From: Eledone cirrhosa
Taxonomy: Eukaryota
Length of the DNA: 64,000 nt
Assembly: GCA_964016885.1 (NCBI GenBank)
Contig: OZ024744.1
Location: 30,132,001 to 30,196,000 of the forward strand
Direction of reading: 5' to 3'
A program made the position numbers and the translations under genes. Of the stretch, positions 28,590 to 43,160 are shown one piece after another (the stretch's first letter is position 1; each line of letters opens with the position of its first letter). The notes under the pieces are model-generated. The model saw only the letters and a program-made list of their open reading frames with translations. It ran no database searches and was not told where the DNA came from.

Positions 28590-29720
28590 AACAGAAATAA
28601 CAAAACAAACGGCACAGCCTGGCCCGACTGTGGTGTGACATTAATATCGACCTTCCTTCCTCTCTCTTTCTATCTTCCTTCTTGTAGCCATCAACCATTA
28701 CTCTTCTACTTCTCTAAGCAAAATTTTAAAGTTCCAACGTTCTGTCGGACTGTTGGGTGGGTTTTAATGGCGGCGCGACCAGCTCCCTGGCGAACGAGCT
28801 CACCTGGAGTGCTTGGAAAAATAAATTTCCCCTTCTTTCGGTAAATGAAAATACTCGGCGTAGCTTAATTCGCCATGGGGCCCGGGGCGCGGCCGGTGTT
28901 TTAACCGCCACATAGTACCTTTAAATTACAGAACAAATCGGAACTATTATATAATAAAATGTTAAACTGTTGAACTTTAAATTTTTTAACCTCTTTAATA
29001 TTGAATATTGATTATTAATTTTTTTAACTTCATCCTAGAAGTCTAAACACTGTAACAGACTGACTCCCAATATATTCATCTCTGCTAAGATGCGGGTCCC
29101 TGTGAAAATTTTCTCGCGCCACTCGTGGCCTGACTGTGGTCTGACATTAATATCGACCTCTCTTCCTCTTTCTTTCTATCTTCCTTCTTCTAGCCATCAA
29201 CCCTTACTTTTCTACTTCTCTCTTCTCTTCCTTCTCTTCTCCCCTCTTCCTGTCTTCCTCCCGCAGGCTTATCTTCCTTCCCCCTCTTGCTTGCCTACTA
29301 TATCTGACCGGTAGTAGTTGCCTTTCTTCTTTTAGCTGACATTAACCCTGGCTTCTCTTCTTCTTTCTTCCTCCTTCTTCTCTCTCCTTCCTTTCTTTCT
29401 TTCTTTTACCTTGTGTCATGAGATCGACGTTAACTTATGTTCCCATCCCTTTCTGTTTTCGTTTATCTGACCGGTAGTAGCATACTATAAACTTTAGCCA
29501 CGTCACTCCAGGGCGACCGGCTGAAGTTGAAGGAACAGAATAGCGGTCGCCCTCGGGTCCTCGATTTTCAGCCCCATGGATTTTATCTATTACATTCACG
29601 TATTATATTTCGAATACCTGATGATATCACCGGATTCATACGGAACCCGGTCATTGAAATGATCATAGTATAATAAACCTTTCAAGGATTTACACACATC
29701 CAGCCTCCTGTCATTTCATT
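28590..29720 (+). mobile_element. Probable PLE 3' region/pLTR with hairpins and internal direct repeat
   Basis: Ends in HHR + AATAAA before (TA)n; 28621-28715 repeated at 29127-29221. Confidence 0.55.
29614..29671 (+). ncRNA. Type I hammerhead ribozyme
   Basis: atac-CTGATGA, stem II accggattc/gaacccggt, GAAAT-GATC-ATA-gtat, AATAAA at 29672. Confidence 0.85.
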
Positions 29721-30069
29721 ATATATATATATATATATATATATACATTTATATATATATATGTATATATATACATATATATACATATATATATATACAT
29801 ATACATATATATACATATATATATATACATATACATATATATATATACATATACATATATATATTTATATACATATACATATATATATATACATATATAT
29901 ATACATATATACATATATACATATATATATACATATACATATATACATATACATATATATATACATATATATATATACATATATACATATATATATACAT
30001 ACATATACATATTATACATACATATACATATATACATACATATACATATATACATACATATACATATAC

Positions 30070-30101
<32 letters not shown>

Positions 30102-30127
30102 ATATATATATATACATATATATATAC

Positions 30128-30206
<79 letters not shown>

Positions 30207-30378
30207 TATATATATATATACGTATATATCTATATATACATATATATATACATATATATATATATACATACATATATATATATATATTTATATACATATA
30301 TATACATATATATATATTCATATACATATATATATATATACATATATATATATTCATATACACACATATATATATGTA

Positions 30379-30433
<55 letters not shown>

Positions 30434-30526
30434 ATATTCATATACATATATTCCTATACATATATATATATATATATATATAGCGGCGATGAATTAGTTT
30501 ACGCAAATATGACCCTCCCCAAGTAT

Positions 30527-30607
<81 letters not shown>

Positions 30608-30625
30608 CATATATATACATATACA

Positions 30626-31188
30626 TGGTGGCTGCCAACTCGTTTTCGAGTACGGCCACTACTTTATATCCATGTAGGAGAACCCCTGCCGTTGCGCTAA
30701 ACAAGTTTGACTTTTTAGTCCAGCCAGTGACTTGAAAACTCTGGTACAAACACTACACATGTGACAATTATTGACACATAGTGCAGGGCCCATGGTACCA
30801 TGTGACGACAAGTGCAGATAAATCTCCAGATATAAAGCAATGCCTGTGCCGTGAAGCTTTTATAGTGAGCAAAGGCACTGCACAAAGCCAGTCCCATTCT
30901 CTTAACCAAGATGATATTTAGCAAAAAGAATAACAAGTCAACATCATTGGATAACATCAGGGTTGCAGGTGTTATATCAGAGTTTTCCTTCTCCTAGAAT
31001 TCTGCCTTGACAAAGGCTAAGGGGTCATCTCTGCCGGTGACTTTGGATGGCCATTGACTCTTGAGAGCTCCTTTGCCCTTTGACAGGTTTTGTTTTTAGT
31101 CCTGCAGGATGTCCTTGGTCACCCTCCTCACCAAGAAATCTTGGTGGGGTTGCCAGTTTAGTCGCCAACGACCCGACCATGAGACAGG
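30626..31188 (-). mobile_element. Internally deleted (bipartite) non-autonomous RTE element
   Basis: 30960-31030 resembles RTE 5' UTR at 57450-57535; [16 protein letters not shown] remnant; 3' stem-loop like 53255-53290. Confidence 0.75.
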
Positions 31189-31384
31189 TACATATACATA
31201 TATATATACATATATATACATATATATATATAATAAAAAATTGAACAGGGACAGAACAGAGAGGCAGTACGACAAATGTTTATTAGATTCACGCTCAGGA
31301 GAGTGGGGGGTAGGTGGATATATATACATAAATATATATATATATATACATATATATATACATATATATATACATATATATATA

Positions 31385-32705
31385 CTTGAACAGCTCTCTA
31401 TCTAAAATCTGTAATCTCTGCCTAAATGAAAAATTTACCATTATCTCTAATCTAGATTCTATAATAAATAGACGTACAGATTTGTTTTCTATCTGCCTGC
31501 ATAAATTCCATAGGACTTTTCACAAAGTATACAGCTAATATTCAATTCTTTATCAATTTAGAATCTTTTCTCAAACGCACATATACATACACCTCTTTAA
31601 AATATACCCATCTTCCTACCTTACTTCAAAGGGCATTATACACTCTATAATACTTGTTTACTCATTACCCTCATTCTATCTTCACCTTGTAAAATCCTTC
31701 ATAACATATACATTTGTTTTTTTGACGTTAGAATATTCATCCGCAATTATTATTATTTTTTTTCTCTCTATCATAAAACTTTTTAATCTCAATTTCATCC
31801 TTAATTTATTATTTTTTTTCTCCCCATCAACGAACTCATTCTTAATACATATTAACTCTTTCTTCGCACATATTATCAATTCCTTCAATATACAAACCTT
31901 AACTTCCCATTATTTTTTCTCAAATCATCTAATACACAAACCTTAATAATTTTTTAATACATATTAACTCTTTCTTCGCGCATATTATCAATTCCTTCAA
32001 TATACAAACTTTAACTTCACATTATTTTTCTCAAATCCTTCTACACACAAACCTTAATAATTTTTTCTCTTCGTTAATTTTGAAATTGCCACAATACTTA
32101 TAAACACACACCTTTTGACGTTAGAATATTCATCCGCAATTATTATTATTTTTTTTTTTCTCTCTATCTTCATACATATCAACTCCCTCTCTTTCCTCGT
32201 ACATATTTTTCCCTTCGTTAATTTTCAAATTCTTTTAATTTATACATTATCTTCCAACGGTTCTCAACCTCTCAATGTAAAACAATATATCTTCTCTCAG
32301 TTATAAAAACTATCTCTTTCTCTCTATCACCCATCTCTCCCTCTCGACCTTCACTCTCTTCTCCTCCCCTTTTTCATCCTTTCCACCCCACCTCTCTAAA
32401 TAAAATATTTTTCTCAATATCACACATCAATCTAAAACCACTTTTCATATGTAGATTTAAAACTGCACTATCCACAAGTGTTTTTTAGCCTTCATATCAT
32501 GTTCTCCTGTTTTATCTGATAAAAACACAAATATTATTGCATGATGATGTTTGTTTTTGAAATGCGCATAATAAAATACATGGAACTCCTTTAACCATCT
32601 TTTGATCTTATATATTATGTATACTCCAGTCCTACAAACTGTAGAGTGCTTCTTATCCGATATCTGCATTGCTTTATTGTACTACAATAAAACTCACCTC
32701 CTACA
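31385..32705 (+). mobile_element. 5'-truncated Naiad-type PLE: GIY-YIG C-terminus, 3' region, pLTR (family F)
   Basis: KICNLCLNEKFTII..IINRRTDLFSICLH at 31395-31505; HHR 32510-32576 with CTGATAA core; pLTR shared with 47935-48150. Confidence 0.75.
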
Positions 32706-32818
32706 TTATATATATACATATATATATATACATATACATATATACATATATATATATACATATACATATATATATACACATATATGTATATACATGTACA
32801 TATATATATACATATACA

Positions 32819-32852
<34 letters not shown>

Positions 32853-32918
32853 CATATATATATATACATAAACATATATACATATACATATATATATATA
32901 TATATACATATATGTATA

Positions 32919-32954
<36 letters not shown>

Positions 32955-33135
32955 CATATATATATACATATATATATACATATATATACATATATATATT
33001 TATATATATATACATATATACATATATATACATATATATATGTATATATATATATATAACCAAACCAACCTGTGCACTTCGTCGAGTGCTCCAATCTGCA
33101 TACTGATTTGTGTAGGTATACAACCAACATATAAT

Positions 33136-33247
<112 letters not shown>

Positions 33248-33308
33248 GTATATATATATGTATATATGTATATGTATAAATATATATATATATGTATATA
33301 TGTATATG

Positions 33309-33386
<78 letters not shown>

Positions 33387-33471
33387 TACATATATATATG
33401 TATACATATATATATATATACATATATATATGTATACATATATATATATACATATATATATACATATATAT

Positions 33472-33518
<47 letters not shown>

Positions 33519-33523
33519 CATAT

Positions 33524-33651
<128 letters not shown>

Positions 33652-33802
33652 ATTATATGTTGGTTGTATACCAACACCCTAGTATGCAGACTGGAGCACT
33701 CGACGAATGCGCAGAATGCGCAGGTTGGTTTGGTTACTCCAGAGTAATGTAAAATAAAATAAAATAAATAAGTCAAATATTTAAAATTTAGCTTCGTTTA
33801 TT

Positions 33803-33857
33803 ACTGCTATATATATTTCTGTGACAGCCATCATTGGCTGTGACCTCTTCAGGCAGT
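33803..33857 (-). ncRNA. Type I hammerhead ribozyme in pLTR fragment 33648-33975
   Basis: actgc-CTGAAGA, stem II acagcca/tggctgt, GAAAT-ATAT-ATA-gcagt-AATAAA. Confidence 0.85.
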
Positions 33858-34099
33858 CCGAATTAGTGTGGTATAGACAAGTACATATGTTGTTGAGGTG
33901 TATAATTTTGTCAATACTCTGATATGCCCAGTTCCTGGTTGGGTTTTTATTTCTCTGAGGAACTGGAATCATATCTATACATATATATACATATATATCC
34001 ATATTTATATATATATATACATATATATACATATATGTATATATACATATATACATATATACATATATACATATATACATATATACATATATATACATA

Positions 34100-34730
34100 T
34101 ATGAAAGACGTAAAAGAAGAAAATTTTAATTTGCTAGCATTAGTGTACATCTGTACGCATATGTTGGTAGATATACTAAATTCTCTATATTTATCTCCAA
34201 ATTATTTATTTGTTGAGCAAACCTCCAAAACCACTACTAATTCATGGTGTGGTAGTAGGCTTCTGTCATCTTACCAACCCACTCCTTCCGACTAGCCTCA
34301 GTGTCACGTGATTGATTCTTTAGAATCTGCCATTTGACCAGAGACAGCGAACTTTTCAGTGCATGGAATCCAGTCCCCGCTAGCTGTTCCATCTACCGAA
34401 TTATTATTATTTTCATATGAGTCCCCAGTGTCCGCGCATTGCCTGGAGACTTAGCTGAGAATAGACTCCCTGATGACCTAATGAATTCTCGATGGTTATA
34501 TTACGTAACTATATTTATCCCATGACAGAAACTAATTAGTTGGAGTGACAATTTTAGTAAGTAGGTTAATTTTTAAATTTTTCAAATTTTCTTATTTTAC
34601 GTCTTTCATATTATTGTTCTGCATCCTCCTGCATTGAACCACCTAGGTACTATGACATAACTTATGTATTTGCTAGCATTAGTGTACATCTGTACGCATA
34701 TGTTGGTAGATATACTAAATTCTCTATATA
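34100..34730 (+). mobile_element. Retrozyme-like family B, 1.1-mer with terminal redundancy (period 539), HHR 34465-34546
   Basis: 34130-34190 repeated at 34669-34729; short inverted piece 34100-34129; actcc-CTGATGA...GAAACTAATTAGTT-ggagt. Confidence 0.8.
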
Positions 34731-34799
34731 TACATATATATATATATACATATATATACATATATACATATATACATATATATATATATACATATATAC

Positions 34800-34879
<80 letters not shown>

Positions 34880-35017
34880 ATATATATATATATATATTTA
34901 TACATATATATATATACATATATACATATATATACACATATATATACATTCATATATATATACATATATATATATACATATATATATATACATACATATA
35001 TATATAAATACATATAT

Positions 35018-35048
<31 letters not shown>

Positions 35049-35056
35049 CATATATA

Positions 35057-35838
35057 TAACTTAACTTTGAATAACTTTGAAATGTTTCGGCCAGTATTGG
35101 CCCAGGCTATGTCTAACTTAATAGCACCACCTGGCGAAGTCTTTCAATTCAGGATTTGGGCACCATGGCCCATTCGAGAAGGGAATTACTGTTTGCGGAG
35201 ACATATCCGGGTGTGGGTGGTTTGTCCGGGATTACTTGGAGGAATTTGTCCAAAGACTTCTTGAATTTTGTGTGGTCAGTTTCTGTTTTGATGTGTCCTG
35301 GTGTGATGTTGAAGAGAGCAGGGCCAATTGAGGTGAAATAATTGTGCCGTATTGTTGTTATGAGTTGCGATTTAGATTTTTGTTTGGGACGGATAGCACG
35401 GGGCCCAAGCCTTGGGTGTATTTTGAAGGTGATGCCAACATCGTTTGGGCAGTGCTGATGAAACATTTTCCACATCATGCAGATAATATAACGCTCACGG
35501 CGACGTTGGAGTGAGTAAAGTTTCAGCTTTTCTAGTCGACCCCAGTAGTCAAGGTCTGACATGCCATCTATCTTTTTCGTGATTGCCCTTTGGGGAGCTT
35601 CAAGTTTCATGATACTTTGTTTCGTGTGGGGAGACCATAGTGGACAACAGTATTCAAGGTGTTGTCGGGCAAAAGTGGAGAAGATAAGGATAATGGTGTG
35701 GGAATCTCTCGACTGGAAGGTTGTGAGGATCCAGGAACACATTCTGCGGGCCATGTCAACTTTGCTGCTTATATGCGTAGCCCAGCTTATGTTGCTGTCC
35801 ACGGTTACTCCCAAGTCTCTGATGTTGTTAGATGCCAC
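35057..35838 (-). mobile_element. 5'-truncated CR1-like LINE
   Basis: [35 protein letters not shown]; near-identical to 39250-40013. Confidence 0.92.
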
Positions 35839-35864
35839 ATATATATATATATATACATATATAT

Positions 35865-37755
35865 AGAAATTACAAGAATCAAAGTTCTGTTTAAACCATT
35901 TATTCGCTTACAATTGTTTCTTCCAAACCGAGGTTTGGAGTCTTCGGAGCAATTTTTCAATGATTGTTTACATACATGACCTCCTTTCCAACACAAGAGA
36001 CATACAGAAACATATGTATATATTGATGCACAGTGGGTTGACATCCATTATAATATTTTAGCATGGCAATTTACATTCAAAGATTAAAGTCATATTAAAA
36101 GAAAACAAGATTAAAGTTAAAATACAACATTGGCAGTTTACGAAGATGATGCAAGAGGATAGTTTGAAGTAGTTAGTGTATGCAATAGTTACACGTGGGG
36201 CATGCACGTGTGTCTTATTTATATAAGGTTATAGTGCGGCAGGGTGTTATATGTAATACAAGCACTTTAAGCGGGCAATCAAGAGTATTATGGGGGTTGT
36301 ATTGGTAAAGTATTTTTTATATGTATGATATAGAAGCTTGTGTTGCAGAGAAATATTAACAATATTAAAAATGATAAGCAAAACACTGTTATGGTTTTCG
36401 TATACACCACCATTTTCACAATCCAGGAAACGATATATATAGATTATATGTCCTTCACATAATCTACGATGATTCAATATTGGATTCTTGAAGAATTATG
36501 TTAGAATATTACAGCTTGTTGTTCTTCAATCCAATTTTACAGAGCAGGTTGTTTTTGTTGCGAGAATCAACATCGTATTATTTTCCGGAAGTGTATGTGT
36601 GATTAAGGGGAGTTAATGCTTGAGGGGAAGTAACTAGCTGATTTCTATAACTAAATTTATTATCCTAATGTACATTAAATGGTGTCTCAAATGAGTCCCT
36701 ATCATATAAGGTTATAAACAGTTTCTAAATTTAAGTATAAATTACAGTGTAGTCTATCAAGAAGTACTATGATCATTACTCTCTATCATAGAGTGCCACA
36801 ACTGAATATTCTACATGAAGAGTCAGATCGCCAAATCAATGATCTTTGTAAGTGTAGTCTACCCGCAGAACCTGGCAGGGTTTTATTAGAATCACTTCTA
36901 TATATAACTCCTGGTAAGCTCTGGGTCAGTGCATGTTTGATTGTATGGCAAAGTTAAATATCACTAGGGTAGACCAGAGATCAATTCTCACTTACAATGA
37001 CACTAATCTGACCATCAAGTCATACATGTATGTATAACGCATACATCACTTGTACATAATTCATTGCACTCAGCATATAGGTTATATAGGTTATTTAATA
37101 AATTAAATAATCTTCCATTTATCCAATAATGGCACTCCATACACAGAACAAGATTAGCACAACCAATTTAGTGTTTAAAGTTTACATTAATTATATAGTG
37201 GTGTAATGTAGTCTAAGTAATTGAAGGCAATTATACCAAAAGTAGATGTACATGGGGATATCTCTAGGGTAAAAGGTTCTAGAAGGAAGTCACTATTTGA
37301 GTGAGGTGGATCATTGAGTGTGGAGATGTGGTGTAAGGTGTTCCCTTGAGGTTTGTTGATAGAGGTGGTGTCGGGTTCAAGTCTGACATTGTTATATATT
37401 GGGTTTAAAGTTTTGGAAGGAGTGTCGGAAGCGGTGCTGGCAAGACGCGAACACTTCTGATTTTTATTAAGGAGGTTATGGTTTGAGAAGATAATAGTAT
37501 GGGTCTCTAGTAGACAGAGGTTACGAAATTTATTAGGTGGTTTGTACGATGTCGCGTTACCTATCACTTCCCATTTAAGTGTATAAGATTTATTTTTAGA
37601 TTTTAGATAGTGTATGTAGCTAGACTGTTTTTTGAAAGAGTGGAGGTGCGAATTGTATCTAGTTTTGAAGCAGTTTGAAGTAGAGCCTATATAGGTTTCA
37701 GAAGAGTTGCTAGTTGTGACGGTGCATGAGTATATGATATCCTTGATTAAGCACA
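35865..37755 (-). mobile_element. 5'-truncated Naiad-type PLE: GIY-YIG, long 3' region, pLTR
   Basis: [41 protein letters not shown]; HHR at 35905-35951. Confidence 0.8.
35905..35951 (-). ncRNA. Minimal hammerhead, CCGAAGA (U4C) core
   Basis: tgct-CCGAAGA-ctccaaacc tc ggtttggaa-GAAAC-AATT-GTA-agcg-AATAAA. Confidence 0.75.
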
Positions 37756-37759
37756 TTAT

Positions 37760-38773
<1,014 letters not shown>

Positions 38774-39160
38774 ATTAGAAAGTGAGGTTTTTTTACAAAA
38801 TGAAAAATAACCGAGGTGTACTACACGAATGAAAGTATAAAGAAAAAGAGATGAAATCGAAAATGCAACTGGAGTCTTATTTAAAAAAAAAAATATATAT
38901 ATATACGTTATTCCGGGTTGAATCGGAGGTAACCACAGTAAGTAAGGTACTCAATACATAGCAGAGTATAAAAGTTTTAATATAGATGAGATTCTACAGG
39001 ACTAGAACTGTTTCATTCATTAGAAATCATCAGGAATCCTGATGATTTCTAAAACTATATATATATATATATATATATATTTATTTGGTTCCTTTACCGG
39101 TTTCGCAGTTCTTCTGCTTTTCAAAAGGTGAGTTGAGATGGAGGGTCTGTGGTTTTTCTC
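38774..39160 (-). mobile_element. Family D pLTR split by a nested second pLTR (38905-39056) that carries a CTGATGA..GAAAC motif
   Basis: 38774-38900 plus 39060-39160 are the reverse complement of family D at 17968-18172. Confidence 0.75.
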
Positions 39161-39171
39161 ACCATATATAC

Positions 39172-39224
<53 letters not shown>

Positions 39225-39330
39225 CATATATATACATATATATATATATATAATAACTTTGAAATGTTTCGGCCAGTATTGGCCCAGGCCATGTCTAACT
39301 TAATAGCACCACCTGGCGAAGTCTTTCAAT

Positions 39331-42300
39331 TCAGGATTTGGACACCATGGTCCATTCGAGAAGGGAATTACTGTTTGCGGAGACATATCCGGGTGTGGGT
39401 GGTTTGCCCGGGATTACTTGGAGGAATTTGTCCAAAGTCTTCTTGAATTTTGTGTGGTCAGTTTCTGTTTTGACGTGTCCTGGTGTGATGTTGAAGAGAG
39501 CAGGGCCAATTGAGGTGAAATAATTGTGCCGTATTGTTGTTATGAGTTGCGATTTAGATTTTTGTTTGGGACGGATAGCACGGGGCCCAAGCCTTGGGTG
39601 TATTTTGAAGGTGATGCCAACATCATTTGGGCAGTACTGATGAAACATTTTCCACATCATGCAGATAATATAACGCTCACGGCGACGTTGGAGTGAGTAA
39701 AGTTTCAGCTTTTCTAGTCGACCCCAGTAGTCAAGGTCTGACATGCCATCTATCTTTTTCGTGATTGCCCTTTGGGGAGCTTCAAGTTTCATGATACTTT
39801 GTTTCGTGTGGGGAGACCACAGTGGACAACAGTATTCAAGGTGTGGTCGGGCAAAAAAGAGAAGGTTAATGGTGTGGGAATCTCTCGACTAGAAGGTTGT
39901 GAGGATCCAGGAACACATACTGCGGGCCATGTCAACTTTGCTGCTTATATGCGTGGCCCAGCTTATGTTGCTGTCCACGGTTACTCCCAAGTCTCTGATG
40001 TTGTTAGATGCCACGAGAGTTTCACCGGAGGGAAGGGAGTACGGGAGTTTCAGCGCATCCTCTTTTCCAAAGTGGATCAGTTCGAATTTGTCTTCGTTCA
40101 GTAACATGTTCTTTTCCGCCCATTGGGTAACAGCCAGTAGGTCTGACTGAAGGCTTATCCGGTCATCCACGCCATTGATGACCTTTTAGAGCTTGTAATC
40201 ATCAGCGAAAATTCTAATGTTGCTGTGTTTGATCATGTCAGTGATGTCATTAATATAGATGATGAAGAGAAGTGGGCCCAACACACTGCCTTGTGGGACC
40301 CCACTACTGACTTTGGCTGGGCTGGATTTGACTCCTTCGACTACAACACGTTGGGTTCTGTTTGACAGGAAGCTCTTGATCCACTGCAGCAGCTTTCCAG
40401 TGACACCAATATTGGACAGCTTTCTCAGTAGAATGTTGTGATCAACCCTGTCAAAGGCCTTGCTGAAATCAAGGTAGATAACATCAGTGTTGGAACCCTC
40501 TCCCAAGGCTCTCAAAATGTCATCAAAGTGATGCAGTAGCTGCGTCAGGCAATCCCTTCCATTACGGAATCCATGCTGGTTGGAGTTCAGCATATTGTTA
40601 CTCTCAAGGAAGTGGGTCATTCGCGATCTCACCACTCTCTCAAATACCTTAATGATATGAGAGGTGAGTGAGATTGGACGGTAATTCACGGCAAGGGATT
40701 TGTTTCCTTTTTTGAAAACTGGGACAACAGACTGGGATAGAAGGTTTTCTGGCACATATCCAGCATCCAGTGAGTTCCGCCACAGATTGGCAAGAGGAGA
40801 TGAAAGTTGGTGTTGACACGCCTTCAAGACACAAGCAGGGAACCTATCGGGATCTACTGCTGAATTATGCTTGATTTCCTTTATTGCCGCTAAGACATCA
40901 GGGGCGCCAAACCTTATGTCCGATAAGGTGTAATGGGGAGTAACATCGCCGATACAGCCCAGATCGGCCATATCAGGATTGCTGAAAACAGAGCAGTATT
41001 GTTTCTGCAGTATCTCACTCATGGTTTTAGCATTGTCTTGAAGAGTGCCATTTTCATCAATTAGAGGGCCAACAGTAGAGCCAGTGATTTTGTGTTTTTT
41101 TGCAAATGAAAAGAACACTTTGGGATTGAGTTTGATATTCTCAATGGCCCAGGCCTCTTCAGCTCTTCTCTCATTGTTGATGATAGACATCATATTGTTT
41201 GGAGGTTATGTTTTTTAATCTCTAGTGATGAAATGGCAGTCAAGTTGATGTGTTGCTGCTGACAGTATTTCAGCTTGTTGATTTTTTTGTTCGTTCTCTT
41301 AATTTTCCTGATGAGCGTTTTTCTATTTCTAGGGATTCTGCTCTTAGATTTGTTTATAGTTCTTAATGGGGTGTGTTTTGCACATATGTTTGTAACAGTC
41401 CCCACAAATGTCTGCCAGGACTTTTTGATGTTAGTGGGTGTATGAGTGTGCGTGAAGGACCAGTCGACATGTGCAAGATCATGACTGATCGCTTCCCAGT
41501 TTGCATTGTGGAAATCCATAGCGTCAAACGGATGGACAGGAGAGATGACACTGGTTTGTATATTGGACGGTGGAATCTCAGATCACAGAGAATCATATCA
41601 TGATCAGAGAGTAGAGTTTTCTCCACTGCAATATTGTGGATATTGTCAGCGTGATTGCTGAAAATTAAGTCTAGGACGTTTTTGTGGCACCTCGTTGGTT
41701 CGAGCACCAGTTGGGACAGGAAGAAATCATCCATGAAGTCAAGAAGGGATTCCACTGCTTGCCTGTCAGAGGTTGAGGTAGAAGAACCTGGTGGCAGGCT
41801 GTTTGTGGACCAGTCAACTCCGGGGAGGTTGAAGTCCCCCATCATTAAGATGTTGTCAGGGTGACACTCTTGGATGAAACACTTTATGCTGTTGAGGCAT
41901 TCCTTGAAGCATAGTACAGGCGTTTGGGGTGGCCTATAGAGCCCAACTACTATTAGGTTGTTGGTTTGACTGAATACAGTGACTGCTTCGCAGTATCCAT
42001 TAGTAAATATGTTCATAGCCTCTGTTGAGAAAGAATTATGGACATAAATGGCAGTCCCACCCTTTCTTCTGCCAGCGTGATCAGCACGGATGGCTTTGAA
42101 ATTTTTCACTTTCACCTCGGCTTCCAAGTGGAGGTTACTGAGATGGGTTTCAGTGAGGACGAAGAAAGGGATGTGGTTTGGATGGACATCAACCCAGTCC
42201 TCCAGGAATTTGATCTTCCATTTTTGAGTATTGGTGGAAGGGCTGATGCCTTGGGCGTTAAGCAAAAATGTTGAGGCCTGAGTGGATGGTTTTAATTGCT

Positions 42301-42340
42301 TTGGTGTGGTGTTAATTTGTTTGTTTGTTAATGGCAGCAA
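39331..42340 (-). pseudogene. LINE ORF2: AP endonuclease + reverse transcriptase
   Basis: LTETHL, YRPP, MGDFNLP, LDLIF, SDH; NYRPISLTS, QHGFR, YLDFSKAFD, GVPQGSVLGP, FADD. Confidence 0.93.
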
Positions 42341-42369
42341 TGGGAGTTTGTGCAGTGGGGTGATAGAGG

Positions 42370-42951
42370 AGGGTGGTGCTGGGTGATAGCTCGAATGTTT
42401 TTTTCCAGTTCTTTTGCCAGATTCATTATGGCTAAAAAAGAGGAAGAACTTTCCTGTTTAGGAGACTGTTGGTGACTGTGGTAGTGGTTATTTTTATGTA
42501 GGTTATGGTTTTTGTTTTTGCTTTTATTTTTATTTTTATTTTCATTTGTCCGACGGGTCCCCGGGAGATGGGTAAAGGGACAATCCCGGTGTAAACACAG
42601 TCTGTCTCGCAGGGAAAAGTGGCAAATTTGTGGATTCCTTGTTTGAGTTATTGGTGGTTGTGTTGGTGTTAAATTAGAGTATGTATTATGGTGGTGGCTG
42701 TTTGTGGGGATAGACCGTTTTGTCCTAGGTAAATGGGTGAATTTGCAGCCACTATCCGCACATATTCTATAGCGTAGAGAGTAGCGGCAAATGATGGGAT
42801 TTCGAGTGGGTGTGTATGTGTGTGTGTGTGTGTTGTGAGAGGTGTAGATGATGGTTTGAGTAGGTTTTGACGACCTTTGTGGGCTGTGGGAGGAAGAGTT
42901 CTTGTACTAGTATTAGAAGGTAAATTCCTTGAGATAGCAGTAGGCAAAGAT

Positions 42952-43039
<88 letters not shown>

Positions 43040-43160
43040 GCAGAGGAGATGTTGGCAGTGGTAATGATTGGACTGCTGGGGCAGAGAAAGGAAGTGGCGT
43101 TTCCTGCTGTGAGACAGTGGCTACTGGGAGGTCAATAGTTTCATTTAGTAGATCGGTCAT
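42370..43160 (-). pseudogene. LINE ORF1 remnant with poly-Thr and two CCCH zinc fingers
   Basis: CRYSLRYRICADSGCKFTH (~42735-42790) and CHFSLRDRLCLHRDCPFTH (~42568-42625). Confidence 0.7.

Noticed and set aside
34553-34565. GTAAGT/GTGAGT splice donor after family B and C hammerheads
   Set aside because: Better explained as the 3' strand of extended stem I (pairs with actta); not conserved in the 16290 copy
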